Assembly: GCA_021813265.1 (NCBI GenBank)
Contig: JAKALF010000001.1
Span: 2,548 to 66,547 of the forward strand
DNA: 64,000 bases
From: a bacterium
Lineage (GTDB): Bacteria; Patescibacteriota; Minisyncoccia; UBA6257; GWB1-50-10
Direction: 5' to 3'
Position numbers and translations under genes: made by a program. Below are positions 1 to 9,489 of this stretch, piece by piece. The notes under the pieces are model-generated. The model worked only from the letters and a program-made list of their open reading frames with translations, did no database searches and had not been told where the DNA came from. Positions within the stretch are counted from its first letter, which is position 1; each line of letters begins with the position of its first letter.

Positions 1-1
1 A

Positions 2-262
2 AAGATAGGTCTCTTTGACACCAGTCGATGGTTTTACGTCCTCATCTTTAGCGCATCGCTTGAACTTTCGGCTGAACTTAAAAATTTCAAGCCCGATCCG
101 GACGGCGATATCGTGAACCGGCAATGGTTCAATCCGGAAACCGACTTCAAGATTGGTTTCAACGGACTCTGCCTCAAAGGCTCGGAGGAGCCCGTCTACG
201 CCGATCACGTTGAGACAATCCGAAAATATATGATCGGATTGTTATCAAAAAAAATTAGATAA
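2..262 (+). CDS. 3' end of a hypothetical protein (partial, runs off the window start)
   Basis: Frame 2 is open from base 2 to TAA at 260-262 and is followed directly by a hairpin terminator. Confidence 0.5.
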   Translation, partial: KIGLFDTSRWFYVLIFSASLELSAELKNFKPDPDGDIVNRQWFNPETDFKIGFNGLCLKGSEEPVYADHVETIRKYMIGLLSKKIR

Positions 263-281
263 AGCCCCCTTCGGGGCTTTT
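261..281. terminator. Bidirectional intrinsic terminator
   Basis: AAAGCCCC-cttc-GGGGCTTT between convergent genes. Confidence 0.75.
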
Positions 282-748
282 TATTTCCCGCCCTTTCCTT
301 CAAAAGGACCGAGAATGTTAAAACTTCTTAAGATAAAGAGGAGAAGGGTGACTCCAATCGTCGCGATAACGGCGAAAGAAATGAGTCCGATACCGCACAA
401 AACTCCGATGGAAGCCACGAACCAAATCGTCGCGGCGGTTGTAAGGCTTCGCACGTGCGTTCCCTGCTTTACGATAATCCCCGCTCCCAAAAATCCGATG
501 CCTACGACGACATTCGCGATAACGGCGAAAAATCCGCTATTGCGGGCGATAACATCGGAAAGATTCCCGACCTCAACGACATACGGGAGCATGACGCCAA
601 TCATGGCAAAAATAGAAGCGCCCGCCGAGACCATCAAATCGGTTCTCACGCCCGCTTCTTTGTGAGCCAGCTCCCGTTCAATGCCGATAATGACTCCCAA
701 GAAAAGGGCGACACCGAGACGGAAAAGCATGTCGGATAAGGTAAGCAT
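281..748 (-). CDS. MgtC/SapB family membrane protein
   Basis: GIERE..K.AG.RT, GIGFLGAGII and SLTTAATIW motifs. Confidence 0.9.
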   Translation of the reverse strand: MLTLSDMLFRLGVALFLGVIIGIERELAHKEAGVRTDLMVSAGASIFAMIGVMLPYVVEVGNLSDVIARNSGFFAVIANVVVGIGFLGAGIIVKQGTHVRSLTTAATIWFVASIGVLCGIGLISFAVIATIGVTLLLFILRSFNILGPFEGKGGK

Positions 749-779
749 ATACCATAGTATATCATACTTTCCCTCCCTT

Positions 780-1355
780 TTATTTTCTGAACATTTTTAT
801 TACCGGCAAAAACGAGATAACAATAACAGTCGCGATGATATAGGTAAGGTAGCGCTCTATTTCAGGAACCACGCCTCCCAAGAGATATCCTAAAAGAAGC
901 AGGCCGGCGGCCCACAGAATTCCTCCCCATACGTTGTATGAAAAAAAGGTTTTGTACTCCATTTCTCCCACGCCGGCAAATATGGGAACAAAGGTTCTCA
1001 CGATAGGAATGAAACGAGCCAGAATAACGGCCTTCTTCCCGTGTTCCTCGTAAAATATCCGAGCGCGTTCAATGTGCCGTTTATGAAAAAAGAAGGAATC
1101 TTCTCGTTTAAAAACCCTGGGACCGAACTTTTTTCCAAAAAAATATCCGAAGGTGTCTCCCAAGATCGCTCCCAAAACGCAGAGAACGAGAAGAATCCCT
1201 ACATGAAAATACCCCTGAGAAGCTAAAAGTCCGAGCGTGAAAAGAAGGGAATCTCCCGGAAGAAAAAATCCGAAGAGGAATCCCGATTCCGCGAAAAACG
1301 TAAAAAAGATTCCTATATACCCGAAGGTGATAATGCTATTTTGGAGATATTCCAT
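780..1355 (-). CDS. DedA (VTT/SNARE-associated) membrane protein
   Basis: FAESG..FGFFLPGDSLLF and ARFIPIVRTF motifs. Confidence 0.93.
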   Translation of the reverse strand: MEYLQNSIITFGYIGIFFTFFAESGFLFGFFLPGDSLLFTLGLLASQGYFHVGILLVLCVLGAILGDTFGYFFGKKFGPRVFKREDSFFFHKRHIERARIFYEEHGKKAVILARFIPIVRTFVPIFAGVGEMEYKTFFSYNVWGGILWAAGLLLLGYLLGGVVPEIERYLTYIIATVIVISFLPVIKMFRK

Positions 1356-1422
1356 AGATATATATAGTACCCGCGGGAGGGAAAATAAGAAATAGCCCCT
1401 TAGGATGGCTAAGGGGCATAGA

Positions 1423-1641
1423 TCAAACTTTCGATTTTCTAGAAGGAGAGAAACGCGAGAGAGTTTTTGCGAACGGCGGATTTAAAAATTCATCCAACTC
1501 GTTTCTTGTTCCAAGAAACGTGAAGCCGTCCGAGAAAGAGAATTCAAATCGCTGACAGTAATATCTCTTTCCATTTTCCATAAACTCCCTGACGCCTTTG
1601 GCGTCATGAATATCAAGAAGAACCGCTACATCTTTTTTCAT
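1423..1641 (-). CDS. Small hypothetical protein (72 aa)
   Basis: GGAGGG Shine-Dalgarno before the ATG; hairpin GCCCCTTAG..CTAAGGGGC (~1395-1418) after the stop. Confidence 0.6.
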   Translation of the reverse strand: MKKDVAVLLDIHDAKGVREFMENGKRYYCQRFEFSFSDGFTFLGTRNELDEFLNPPFAKTLSRFSPSRKSKV

Positions 1642-1679
1642 ATTACCCTCCAGTTAAGAATCTGATATAAGTATAAGGG

Positions 1680-1961
1680 TTAGTTACCTAAAAACAAATA
1701 GATCGCGGCTCTTCCCACGTCGGAGAGAACTCCCCCTTTCACTTCTTCGCAAACGTCGTCAATACGCGCCCGCCTTCCGCCCTCATCCGCAAAAAGATAG
1801 TTGTCTTGAAGATATCCTATCTTATCCCCCTCTTCGTTATAGATTCTTTGGTCTATAAAGTAGCCGAGCTTTTTCCCGTCGCGGTTATAGATGCGGTTTT
1901 CATCATACCAACCGATCTTTTCTCCTCCCCTTCTTATATCATTATCTTCTATGTAAATCAT
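1680..1961 (-). CDS. Beta-repeat protein, 4-fold beta-flower-like
   Basis: Four repeats of I(Y)..xG.K(I/L)G(W/Y); start moved to ATG 1961 to avoid overlap with the upstream gene. Confidence 0.65.
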   Translation of the reverse strand: MIYIEDNDIRRGGEKIGWYDENRIYNRDGKKLGYFIDQRIYNEEGDKIGYLQDNYLFADEGGRRARIDDVCEEVKGGVLSDVGRAAIYLFLGN

Positions 1962-1992
1962 GGGGTTTGATAAAGCAATTTTATGTATTGTT

Positions 1993-2595
1993 TTAAAAAT
2001 AAGCAATACGGTCCATATATTTTTTTCCGCAAGAATTTTCCAGCTCAAATAAAATCATCTGTACGGATTTATAGGGACTTGCTGGCAACGAATCAATATA
2101 CTTATATCGCCTATATTTAGGTTGCCATAAAACACGCGATAATTCGTTCAAATTAACAAAGAGGGAATAAAGAATATTATCGCCTTGTTCTGGAGAAAAT
2201 TTATTCAAATCGGATTTATCGTTTGGAAAACGAATATGATAAGTTAATGGTCCAATTTCATGGCAAATCATTTTCACCGCGGCATGGCGAATATAGCCGT
2301 TTTGGTGTTGAAGTAGATGAAAAAGCCAAGGAAAAAGAAAATCAGGATCGTTTTCTCTGTTACGCAGAAAATATATAACTGAAATTGCCATCACGAAATT
2401 TTCCTGCCGCCAATCTTCGAAAACGCGGATATAATTTTCCGGCGCTGTATCAATGAGAATGGAAATTTCTTTGTATATATCCCTATTATTCGCTGATGAA
2501 CTATATAAAAGTTTTCTTACCTCGCGCGCGGCTTGGCGGCTTTTCTCTTTATCGCCATTTAAAATGGCGTTAAAACATTCTTTGATAGTATTCAT
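1993..2595 (-). CDS. Hypothetical alpha-helical protein (HEAT-like segment)
   Basis: 200-aa ORF, AT-rich; LLQHQNGYIRHAAV resembles a HEAT repeat. Confidence 0.65.
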   Translation of the reverse strand: MNTIKECFNAILNGDKEKSRQAAREVRKLLYSSSANNRDIYKEISILIDTAPENYIRVFEDWRQENFVMAISVIYFLRNRENDPDFLFPWLFHLLQHQNGYIRHAAVKMICHEIGPLTYHIRFPNDKSDLNKFSPEQGDNILYSLFVNLNELSRVLWQPKYRRYKYIDSLPASPYKSVQMILFELENSCGKKYMDRIAYF

Positions 2596-2598
2596 GAT

Positions 2599-3013
2599 TT
2601 ATTCCAGACTTTCATTTTTACGGACTACAAAATCAAGAATTTTAAATAATCTGACGATGTAATTCCGCTTCCAAGGAGCGGTAGAAATCGCGGATAATAA
2701 AGGTGTAAATACCGCTCTCTGTTTTTTCGCTATCCTCGGCGTCTTCCATTCCTTTCTCCACGATCTCACCCAGTTTTTCTTTAGTTTCCGCACTTGAAAA
2801 TTGTGGGGCAGATTGTTCGGCTGGATTTGCTTTCTGCATTAAGTCATAAGTTTGAGGATTGGTGTTAATACCGATCAAAATCCGAACTTTCTTTGTTTTC
2901 TCAAGAGATTTATAAATAGCGTGAAAACCACTGGCATAAAAATAACCGACCAAGCAATTAAAGAATTTGGTGTCTTTAATTCTTTCCGAATTGGTCTTGG
3001 GTTCTCGGTACAT
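2599..3013 (-). pseudogene. Truncated N-terminus of a PLD-domain/helicase restriction-type protein
   Basis: KDTKFFNCLVGYFYASGF....L....KVRILIG resembles the N-terminus of PLD-helicase restriction subunits; the ORF ends before any HKD or helicase motif. Confidence 0.6.
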
Positions 3014-3350
3014 ATTGCACCGTTAAAAGCTGTTCTTTCTGCCTTTTTTGAGCTAAAACTATATCTTTAAGCATATTATTTTACTTTCATTGGACAGGAT
3101 ATTTTTATTTTGTCCAATACATATAGTATAATGGACAAAAGAAGGAAATACAAGAGATAAGGTTTAAACCAAAAATTAGTGAATTAGAGAACCAAAAATC
3201 ATAATCGACATGACGGTCGAATTTACGCCCGTCGTAACCGACAAATCAAAACCCAAGATGATTGACCTTAAAACGCGAAAATCCCGACAGATTGGCGAGA
3301 TTCTCGAGATGGCGTCCAATCAACCGGACTTGGTTATATCAAATACCGTC

Positions 3351-3427
3351 TGGGGTGCCTGATGGGAATCGAACCCACGACGACTTGCTCCACAGGCAAG
3401 CGCTCTACCAACTGAGCTACAGGCACC
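3351..3427 (-). tRNA. tRNA-His(GUG), with encoded G-1 and CCA
   Basis: Cloverleaf; anticodon arm CTTGC-CTGTGGA-GCAAG; T-loop TTCGATT. Confidence 0.96.
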
Positions 3428-3447
3428 ATACAAGAAAAAGAATACTA

Positions 3448-3867
3448 TTATTCGTTTAGGTCTTCAAGATAAGGACGTTTGCTCTGATATCGATGTTTTT
3501 TCTTTAAACTATGCGTGTTTCTCTCTTCCCTAAATTTTTCTTCAATTCCTAAAGGAGGTTCCGTGGGAATACGGACTTTGGGAATTTCCAAGGCTTTTTC
3601 AATAAGAATATTCATGATTTCGAGAGCTCGATCGTGGTTTTGCTCCTGGGAACGTTCTTCTTCGCATGAAACTTCAAGTTCGTCATTTTTAGTAATATGA
3701 GAGGTAAGCTTTTCTCGCAAGAGACTCCGTTCTTCATCTCTTAGGGGAAGGTCAAAAATCTTCGCCCAAATTTGAACTTTCGTTGAGCGTTTGTTCACGT
3801 TCTGCCCTCCCGGACCTCTTGAACGGGCCGCCTTAAAACGCGTGTTTTCTTTGGTAACATAAACCAT
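3448..3867 (-). CDS. arfB: ArfB/YaeJ-like peptidyl-tRNA hydrolase (ribosome rescue)
   Basis: RSRGPGGQNVNK GGQ motif, ERSQEQN, basic C-terminal tail. Confidence 0.85.
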   Translation of the reverse strand: MVYVTKENTRFKAARSRGPGGQNVNKRSTKVQIWAKIFDLPLRDEERSLLREKLTSHITKNDELEVSCEEERSQEQNHDRALEIMNILIEKALEIPKVRIPTEPPLGIEEKFREERNTHSLKKKHRYQSKRPYLEDLNE

Positions 3868-3906
3868 GATTGTCTTTTGCAAGGAATCATAGTATATAAT
3901 GGTTGA

Positions 3907-4560
3907 ATGAGCAATTTAGTTGATATTTTCACAGGATTGGTTGCTCAATATCCTTCCTGGACGTATACCATATTGGGAATCGGCACGCTTCTTCAAGGTG
4001 AAGCGGCTATTTTATTCGCGACCTATCTTCTTATTAATAAGGTTATAACCTGGCCTGGATTTTTAGGATCAACGCTTTCCGGTCTTATTATCGGCGAAAC
4101 CTTCGTATATCTTTTCGGAAGAATCATGCGGAATACCCGCTTCGGATGGAAACTATACTACAAAAAGAAAGCGAGTAGAAAGCTTCAGTTGTATACCTAC
4201 TATCTGAAAAAGAACATGATCAAGCTTTTTGTTGTCGCGAAGTTCATTCCCGGAACCAATCTTGCTATCTTTGTTTTAAGCGGCTGGTCAAAAATACCCT
4301 TCAAGAAATTTATGAAAGCCTACCTCGCAAGCGTTATCGTGTGGTTTTCAGCCATGACCGCTATCGCCTATTCGGCCATGAGCGGTATCACCTACCTTAG
4401 AACGACGAAAATATTCAAACAAGCGGAAATAGGAATCGTGATACTCATTATCGTTATCATCATCGTTGAACGATTCTTGAGAAAATATTTCAACAAACAA
4501 ACCTTCGGTTTTGAAGCTAAGGAAGACAATGAATTGGAAGAAAAAGAAAATCCCATGTAA
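3907..4560 (+). CDS. DedA-like membrane protein
   Basis: LQGE, GETFVYLFGR and AKFIPG motifs; several hydrophobic segments. Confidence 0.75.
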   Translation: MSNLVDIFTGLVAQYPSWTYTILGIGTLLQGEAAILFATYLLINKVITWPGFLGSTLSGLIIGETFVYLFGRIMRNTRFGWKLYYKKKASRKLQLYTYYLKKNMIKLFVVAKFIPGTNLAIFVLSGWSKIPFKKFMKAYLASVIVWFSAMTAIAYSAMSGITYLRTTKIFKQAEIGIVILIIVIIIVERFLRKYFNKQTFGFEAKEDNELEEKENPM

Positions 4561-4562
4561 CG

Positions 4563-5441
4563 TTAAAATACATGGGATTTATTATTACCTGAAATCATGA
4601 GGGCGTATTGATACACCGCTCTCACGTACGCCCTGGAATTGTTATATCTCCAAAGCGCTTTATCTTGCTTTGATCTATTTTTACCCTTCCACCCGTTTTG
4701 GAAGAGATAATTTCCGACGCTTGCCATCGCGTCGTCTTTCTCGAAAAGATCCGCCCTGTGATCTCCATCCCAATCAACGGCATAGTGTTGATATGAGTAC
4801 GGCATGAACTGAGGCAGGCCAAACGCTCCCGCCCACGATCCCCGAATTTGAAGCGGATCCCATTTCATCTCTCTTGAAACTTCAAGAAACGACCTGAACT
4901 GTTTAAGAAGATGAGAAACGGGTCTCCCTCGTTTTCTATTTATATAATATCTGGTATAGAAAACGTTGGGAACGTAATATCTTCCGAGAAGTCTCCCGAG
5001 GTCAGTTTCAACTTTTAATATGGAAACGATAACGGGGGGCGGAACGGAAAAAACTGAACTAATCTTTTTGAGTTCCGCGAGGTTTTTATTCAAAAACCCC
5101 CTTCCTCTCTTAATGGATTGATCCGTAAAGAGAAAAGAATATCCTTTCCATTTTGGAATGACTTTTGGAGGAAAAAGGATAAGCGAATCGATTCCGAATC
5201 TCGGATCGTTAAACAGGGAATCGATAAGGGCGGGATCGTCAAACCCTCTTTCAAGGGTTATTTTGAGCTCGTTATGAAACCCGTGTCTCCCTCTAGGTTC
5301 GGGAGGATGGATATATGGAACGGGAACAGCTCTTTTTATCTCTGTCTTCCCCATCTTAAGAATATCTCCCCCTATGGTAACCGGAAGAATGAAAAAAAGA
5401 AGGAGAAAGAAAAGAAAAAACGAAATGTTTAGCAAGCGCAT
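4563..5441 (-). CDS. Lytic murein transglycosylase (MltB/SLT_2 family)
   Basis: ILKVETDLG (catalytic E), GSWAGAFGLPQFMP, AVDWDGD, YNNSRAY; N-terminal signal/anchor. Confidence 0.9.
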   Translation of the reverse strand: MRLLNISFFLFFLLLFFILPVTIGGDILKMGKTEIKRAVPVPYIHPPEPRGRHGFHNELKITLERGFDDPALIDSLFNDPRFGIDSLILFPPKVIPKWKGYSFLFTDQSIKRGRGFLNKNLAELKKISSVFSVPPPVIVSILKVETDLGRLLGRYYVPNVFYTRYYINRKRGRPVSHLLKQFRSFLEVSREMKWDPLQIRGSWAGAFGLPQFMPYSYQHYAVDWDGDHRADLFEKDDAMASVGNYLFQNGWKGKNRSKQDKALWRYNNSRAYVRAVYQYALMISGNNKSHVF

Positions 5442-5566
5442 AATGGCCTCCAGTTAATTAAATGACGCTGAAATCAGATTAAGAAAAAGGAGGAGGAAAG
5501 GCAAATGAGATAGTCTAGTTTTTAGTGAAATAATAAAGCTCCCAAAATTTTGAGAGCTTCTTTGTT

Positions 5567-5863
5567 TTACTTCAATGGTTTAAAGGATCCGTCTCCATAA
5601 AGAATCCCCTGAAGCGGCCTTGGATTTTTTAAGTAGGATCTTATCACTTCTGGATCCGTAATATACACTTTTTTCCCCTCGTATGTCGCGACCATAGCAA
5701 ACTTTGAATCAGCCTCCGACCACGAATCGAAGTAAAGGATTTTTTCGCCGACTTCAGTAAATCCTTTCTTCACTTTGTAAGCTACGAGTTGTAACGCCAT
5801 AACCAAGCAAATTACAAGGAGCGCCACAAAAAATACGCCTTTAGGAAGAATGAGCTTTTTCAT
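5567..5863 (-). CDS. Hypothetical membrane-anchored protein
   Basis: N-terminal TM; GGAGG SD; overlaps the upstream stop; downstream hairpin ~5537-5559. Confidence 0.7.
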   Translation of the reverse strand: MKKLILPKGVFFVALLVICLVMALQLVAYKVKKGFTEVGEKILYFDSWSEADSKFAMVATYEGKKVYITDPEVIRSYLKNPRPLQGILYGDGSFKPLK

Positions 5864-6357
5864 TCCACACCTCCTTTAATAAATGTAATGGAGGGGCAAA
5901 GATATTTTCTCTTTTTCTCAACAATATATATTCCTACTATTTTCAAAAAAGAGGGTCCTTTATCCTTCTTTACGGTATCTTTTTTCTTCAAAGAGGAGTT
6001 TTCACGTTTTCTTCTTTCTCTTTCTTTTAAATATTCCGCCAAAGACTCCGTGAATTTATTCAAAAGAATGACTCCAACAATGATTATTGCTATAGTTCCA
6101 ACTGTTAAGCCATATCCGACGCCACCAAAGAGATATATCGGCAGTGTAATGATAGAGAAGAAAAATATCCCGACAAGAATGACGTGGAGTAGAAGAATAA
6201 TTGGAGCGTAGATCAACGTTACCCGCATGAAGTAGCATAAGTTTGTGCCATCCTCCGCGTAGTATGATCTGCTAGTCTCGAAGAATTCATCTACGATACT
6301 AAGAGACCAAAAGAACCATCGGACATGCCAAAGATCTCGATTCAGTTTGAGTTCCAT
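5860..6357 (-). CDS. Hypothetical membrane protein
   Basis: 2 TM segments; AAGGAGG SD; promoter TTGACT-17-TATCTT at 6466-6438. Confidence 0.7.
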   Translation of the reverse strand: MELKLNRDLWHVRWFFWSLSIVDEFFETSRSYYAEDGTNLCYFMRVTLIYAPIILLLHVILVGIFFFSIITLPIYLFGGVGYGLTVGTIAIIIVGVILLNKFTESLAEYLKERERRKRENSSLKKKDTVKKDKGPSFLKIVGIYIVEKKRKYLCPSITFIKGGVE

Positions 6358-6513
6358 ATGAACCTCCTTTAAAATGTTATTTTAAATGATATTTTATCAC
6401 CAAAATCGGTGGATTTTTTAGAAAAATTACTGGGATAAAGATAATATATTTACACATACAAGTCAAGGATGCGTACAAAACTAAAAAACCTCGTAAAATG
6501 ATAAAATTATTTA

Positions 6514-6873
6514 ATGAACGACTGTATTTTTTGCAAGACAAATAACAAAGAAGTTTCCGCGAAAATTGTCTTCGAAAACGATGATGTTTCGGCGTTTGCG
6601 CCTATTAAACAAGTCTCAAAAGGATATACGCTTGTCGTTCCAAAGAATCATTTCGAAAGCATTTTTGATATTGATAAAAACACCCTTGAAAAACTGATCG
6701 CCGTGTCAAAAGACTTGAGTGAACAGTTAGTGAAAGAAAATAATGCTACGGGTATTAACCTTCTCCACGCTTCGGGAAAAGACGCCCAGCAATCAGTTTT
6801 TCATTTCCACTTGCACATTGTTCCCCGATACGAAAATGACGGTTTAGATTTATGGTTGAGAGAAAAACTTTAA
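6514..6873 (+). CDS. HIT family hydrolase
   Basis: DCIFC and QSVFHFHLHIVPR histidine triad. Confidence 0.93.
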   Translation: MNDCIFCKTNNKEVSAKIVFENDDVSAFAPIKQVSKGYTLVVPKNHFESIFDIDKNTLEKLIAVSKDLSEQLVKENNATGINLLHASGKDAQQSVFHFHLHIVPRYENDGLDLWLREKL

Positions 6874-6877
6874 TTTT

Positions 6878-7357
6878 ATGAATCGAGAAAAATACCTTGA
6901 CCAAAATGAAAATTTAGATATCGACCTACAAGTTGCGTCTCCCTTGGACATTCCAAAGATAATTGAAATTGAAAAGAGTGTTTCGGGTGATAAGACATAT
7001 TCACCAATATTAACCGAGGAGGAATGGCAAGAAGCATTTAAGAAAGTTAAAACTTTTTTAATCAAAAATAAAAATGATCTTGTGGGTGAGGTTTCTTATG
7101 AAATAAAAGACTCGGAACATTCATATATAGATGGTCTTGTTATCAAACCAGAGTTTCAGGGAAAAGGCTTCGCGAGAAAAGCTATGGAAAAAATAATGGA
7201 AGAACTAAAAATATATAAAAGAATTGATTTGGTCACGCATCCAAAAAACAAACGAGCAATACGGCTTTATGAGTCGCTTGGTTTTAAAATTGAAAAACAA
7301 GTTGAAAATTATTTTGGTGACGGAGAACCGAGAATAGTTATGGTTTTCAAAAAATAA
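6878..7357 (+). CDS. GNAT N-acetyltransferase (RimI-like)
   Basis: V.PEFQGKGFA and N.RAIRLYESLGF motifs. Confidence 0.9.
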   Translation: MNREKYLDQNENLDIDLQVASPLDIPKIIEIEKSVSGDKTYSPILTEEEWQEAFKKVKTFLIKNKNDLVGEVSYEIKDSEHSYIDGLVIKPEFQGKGFARKAMEKIMEELKIYKRIDLVTHPKNKRAIRLYESLGFKIEKQVENYFGDGEPRIVMVFKK

Positions 7358-7394
7358 TTTATATCCACACTGAAATGGCTAATCTATAAAATTC

Positions 7395-7469
7395 TGGTGC
7401 CGCGGGAGGGAATTGAACCCCCGACGCCAGCCTCTTCAGGGCTGCGCTCTACCACTGAGCTACCGCGGC
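7395..7469 (-). tRNA. tRNA-Phe(GAA)
   Basis: Cloverleaf; CAGCC-CTGAAGA-GGCTG; CCA encoded. Confidence 0.96.
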
Positions 7470-7525
7470 GTTATCAAACCACGCATTCTAGGATAAATAA
7501 GAAAGACGATACTGTAAAGGAAAAT

Positions 7526-7602
7526 TGGTGCCCCCGCCAGGACTCGAACCCGGAACCTTCTCCTTAGAACGGAGCCGCTCTATCCAGTTGAGCTACAGGG
7601 GC
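7526..7602 (-). tRNA. tRNA-Arg(UCU)
   Basis: Cloverleaf; anticodon loop GTTCTAA; CCA encoded. Confidence 0.9.
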
Positions 7603-7666
7603 ATGTTATTAAAGACAAATTGATTCTAGAATAAAATTAGGATAGATTAAAGTCCGAAGCAAAAAA

Positions 7667-7737
7667 CGGAGAGTAGTATAGTGGTAGTACGCGTGCTTTG
7701 GGAGCACGTAGTCCGGGTTCGATTCCCGGCTCTCCGA
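7667..7737 (+). tRNA. tRNA-Pro(UGG), CCA not encoded
   Basis: CGGAGAG/CTCTCCG acceptor stem; CGTGC-TTTGGGA-GCACG. Confidence 0.95.
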
Positions 7738-8258
7738 CAAATTTTTCTTAATCAAACCTATATAAAAATACCGGAGTAAAATACTCCGGCACCAATGTTA
7801 TTAAGAGAGCAGGCTGGGCTACTAGCCAGTTCAAGCTTTCTTTCCAAAAAGAAATACCCGACTTTTACATACCGTGATTCGCTTATGAGATCACACCTTT
7901 TCCAAAGGCCAAGGGTCAATAAAGTAAACGCGGGCTCTTAATTTATTGTAAAGGCACGAAAATTTCCTCCTTATATTATAGAATATTTCGTTTTAACAGA
8001 TAAAGCAACTTTTAAATTAGACTTTATTGAACAACACTATAACCCCTGACGTTCTGACTGCTACCTTTTGGCACGCCCCTCACATTCGCTTGACACTCAT
8101 ATTCAAAAGGGTATGATAGTCATCAGTTTTCAATTTTTTCTAAAACTTTTAAAACAACATAAGGAGGTAATATGAGCCGATATCATTCCGGCTTCAGATA
8201 ACTTTTCCAAAAATCTTTTTATATTCAAATATTTATTCATAAAAAAGATGAGGAAAAG

Positions 8259-8735
8259 ATGAAAAAACGAGCACAACAATACTCAAAGGGGGAAATAAAA
8301 AACATGGAGATTATGGAAAAAATCCATGAAAAAATCCTAGAAGTTCTAGGAGATCAGGAGGCCGCGAAAGAATCAATAGCCATGCGGTCATCGGGTGATT
8401 CACCGTTTTCCCAAGGCTCCCAATTCGGGAGCAACGAACAGGTGATCGCAAACCGCGTGAGCGAAATAAACAGATGTGGCAGTTTACTGCCCTATCTTCA
8501 CCTAGCGATTCTTAAAATAGAAACGGGAAGATTTGGAGTATGCGAGTATGGATCTTCGGATCCAAAAATGAAACACCTGATTCCCAAAGAAAGATTGTCC
8601 GCGATCCCTTGGGCGCGAACATGTATAAGTTGTAAAAACAAGGGAACGTCCAACGTAGGGACGGCAATCTATGCCCTATCAAGGGGAAAGATACTAAAAA
8701 ATGAGGATGGTATATGGCTTTGCAGTACTGGATGA
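8259..8735 (+). CDS. TraR/DksA-like zinc-finger protein (divergent)
   Basis: AILKIETGRFGVCE...IPKERLSAIPWARTCISCK; promoter TTGACA-16-TATGAT at 8090-8117. Confidence 0.75.
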   Translation: MKKRAQQYSKGEIKNMEIMEKIHEKILEVLGDQEAAKESIAMRSSGDSPFSQGSQFGSNEQVIANRVSEINRCGSLLPYLHLAILKIETGRFGVCEYGSSDPKMKHLIPKERLSAIPWARTCISCKNKGTSNVGTAIYALSRGKILKNEDGIWLCSTG

Positions 8736-8799
8736 TACGATGATGAGGTAGAATTTTTTAAAGACCCCGCTTAGATGCATAGAGCGGGGTATATTTTTG

Positions 8800-9402
8800 C
8801 TATCGAACCAAAGCGTCAAACTCCCCCATCTTTTGAAGGAACTGGTTATTTAAAGCGTTAATCTTTTTTACCCCCCCATTAGCTTCTTGAAGCGCCGACT
8901 GGACCGCTTGTCTGTTTGCTTGCGTGTTTTGGGATATAGTGGAAGAAAGTTCGTCTAAAAACGTGTTTACGTTTTTCGTGTAGACGATAAACTCGCTTAC
9001 GAGCGCGAGTTCGGTAGCGACGGCTTCATAGGCTATTCTCTGGCTTTCTCCCGAGATATTTTGCAAAGACTCTGCAAGGTTTTTAAGCTGACCGGAAAGT
9101 TCAAACGCTTTTTCATATGCCGTATTATTCTTTTTACGGGCTTGATTGATAAGACCTAAGGCATCCTTTCCTTTCCCTTGAATATCAAGTTTATTAGCGT
9201 CCTCAAGAGCCTTCTCGGTTTGATTGGTTAAGGTAACAATTTCCTGACTGATGGCCGCCGCGTTATCGCGACTTGAAATAAACGTCTCGGGGAGACTTTT
9301 TGTTGAAAAAGCGAGAACCCCCATGACGGATCCGGTGATAAAAAAGACTATTCCTACGATAACAAGAGCTCTTTTATGATGAAGAGCCTTTAGTATACTC
9401 AT
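8800..9402 (-). CDS. Membrane-anchored helical hypothetical protein
   Basis: N-terminal TM followed by coiled/helical sequence. Confidence 0.75.
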   Translation of the reverse strand: MSILKALHHKRALVIVGIVFFITGSVMGVLAFSTKSLPETFISSRDNAAAISQEIVTLTNQTEKALEDANKLDIQGKGKDALGLINQARKKNNTAYEKAFELSGQLKNLAESLQNISGESQRIAYEAVATELALVSEFIVYTKNVNTFLDELSSTISQNTQANRQAVQSALQEANGGVKKINALNNQFLQKMGEFDALVR

Positions 9403-9489
9403 AGTTTATGTACGTAAACGGTACTATAAACCATGAGTATTTTCAATAGGATTGCATTTAGCTATAGTTCTATATAATCTGAAGAGAAC

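Noticed and set aside
3262-3459. ORFs overlapping tRNA and tmRNA genes (also 9424-9642, 39033-39245, 39418-39648)
   Set aside because: Shadow frames across RNA genes
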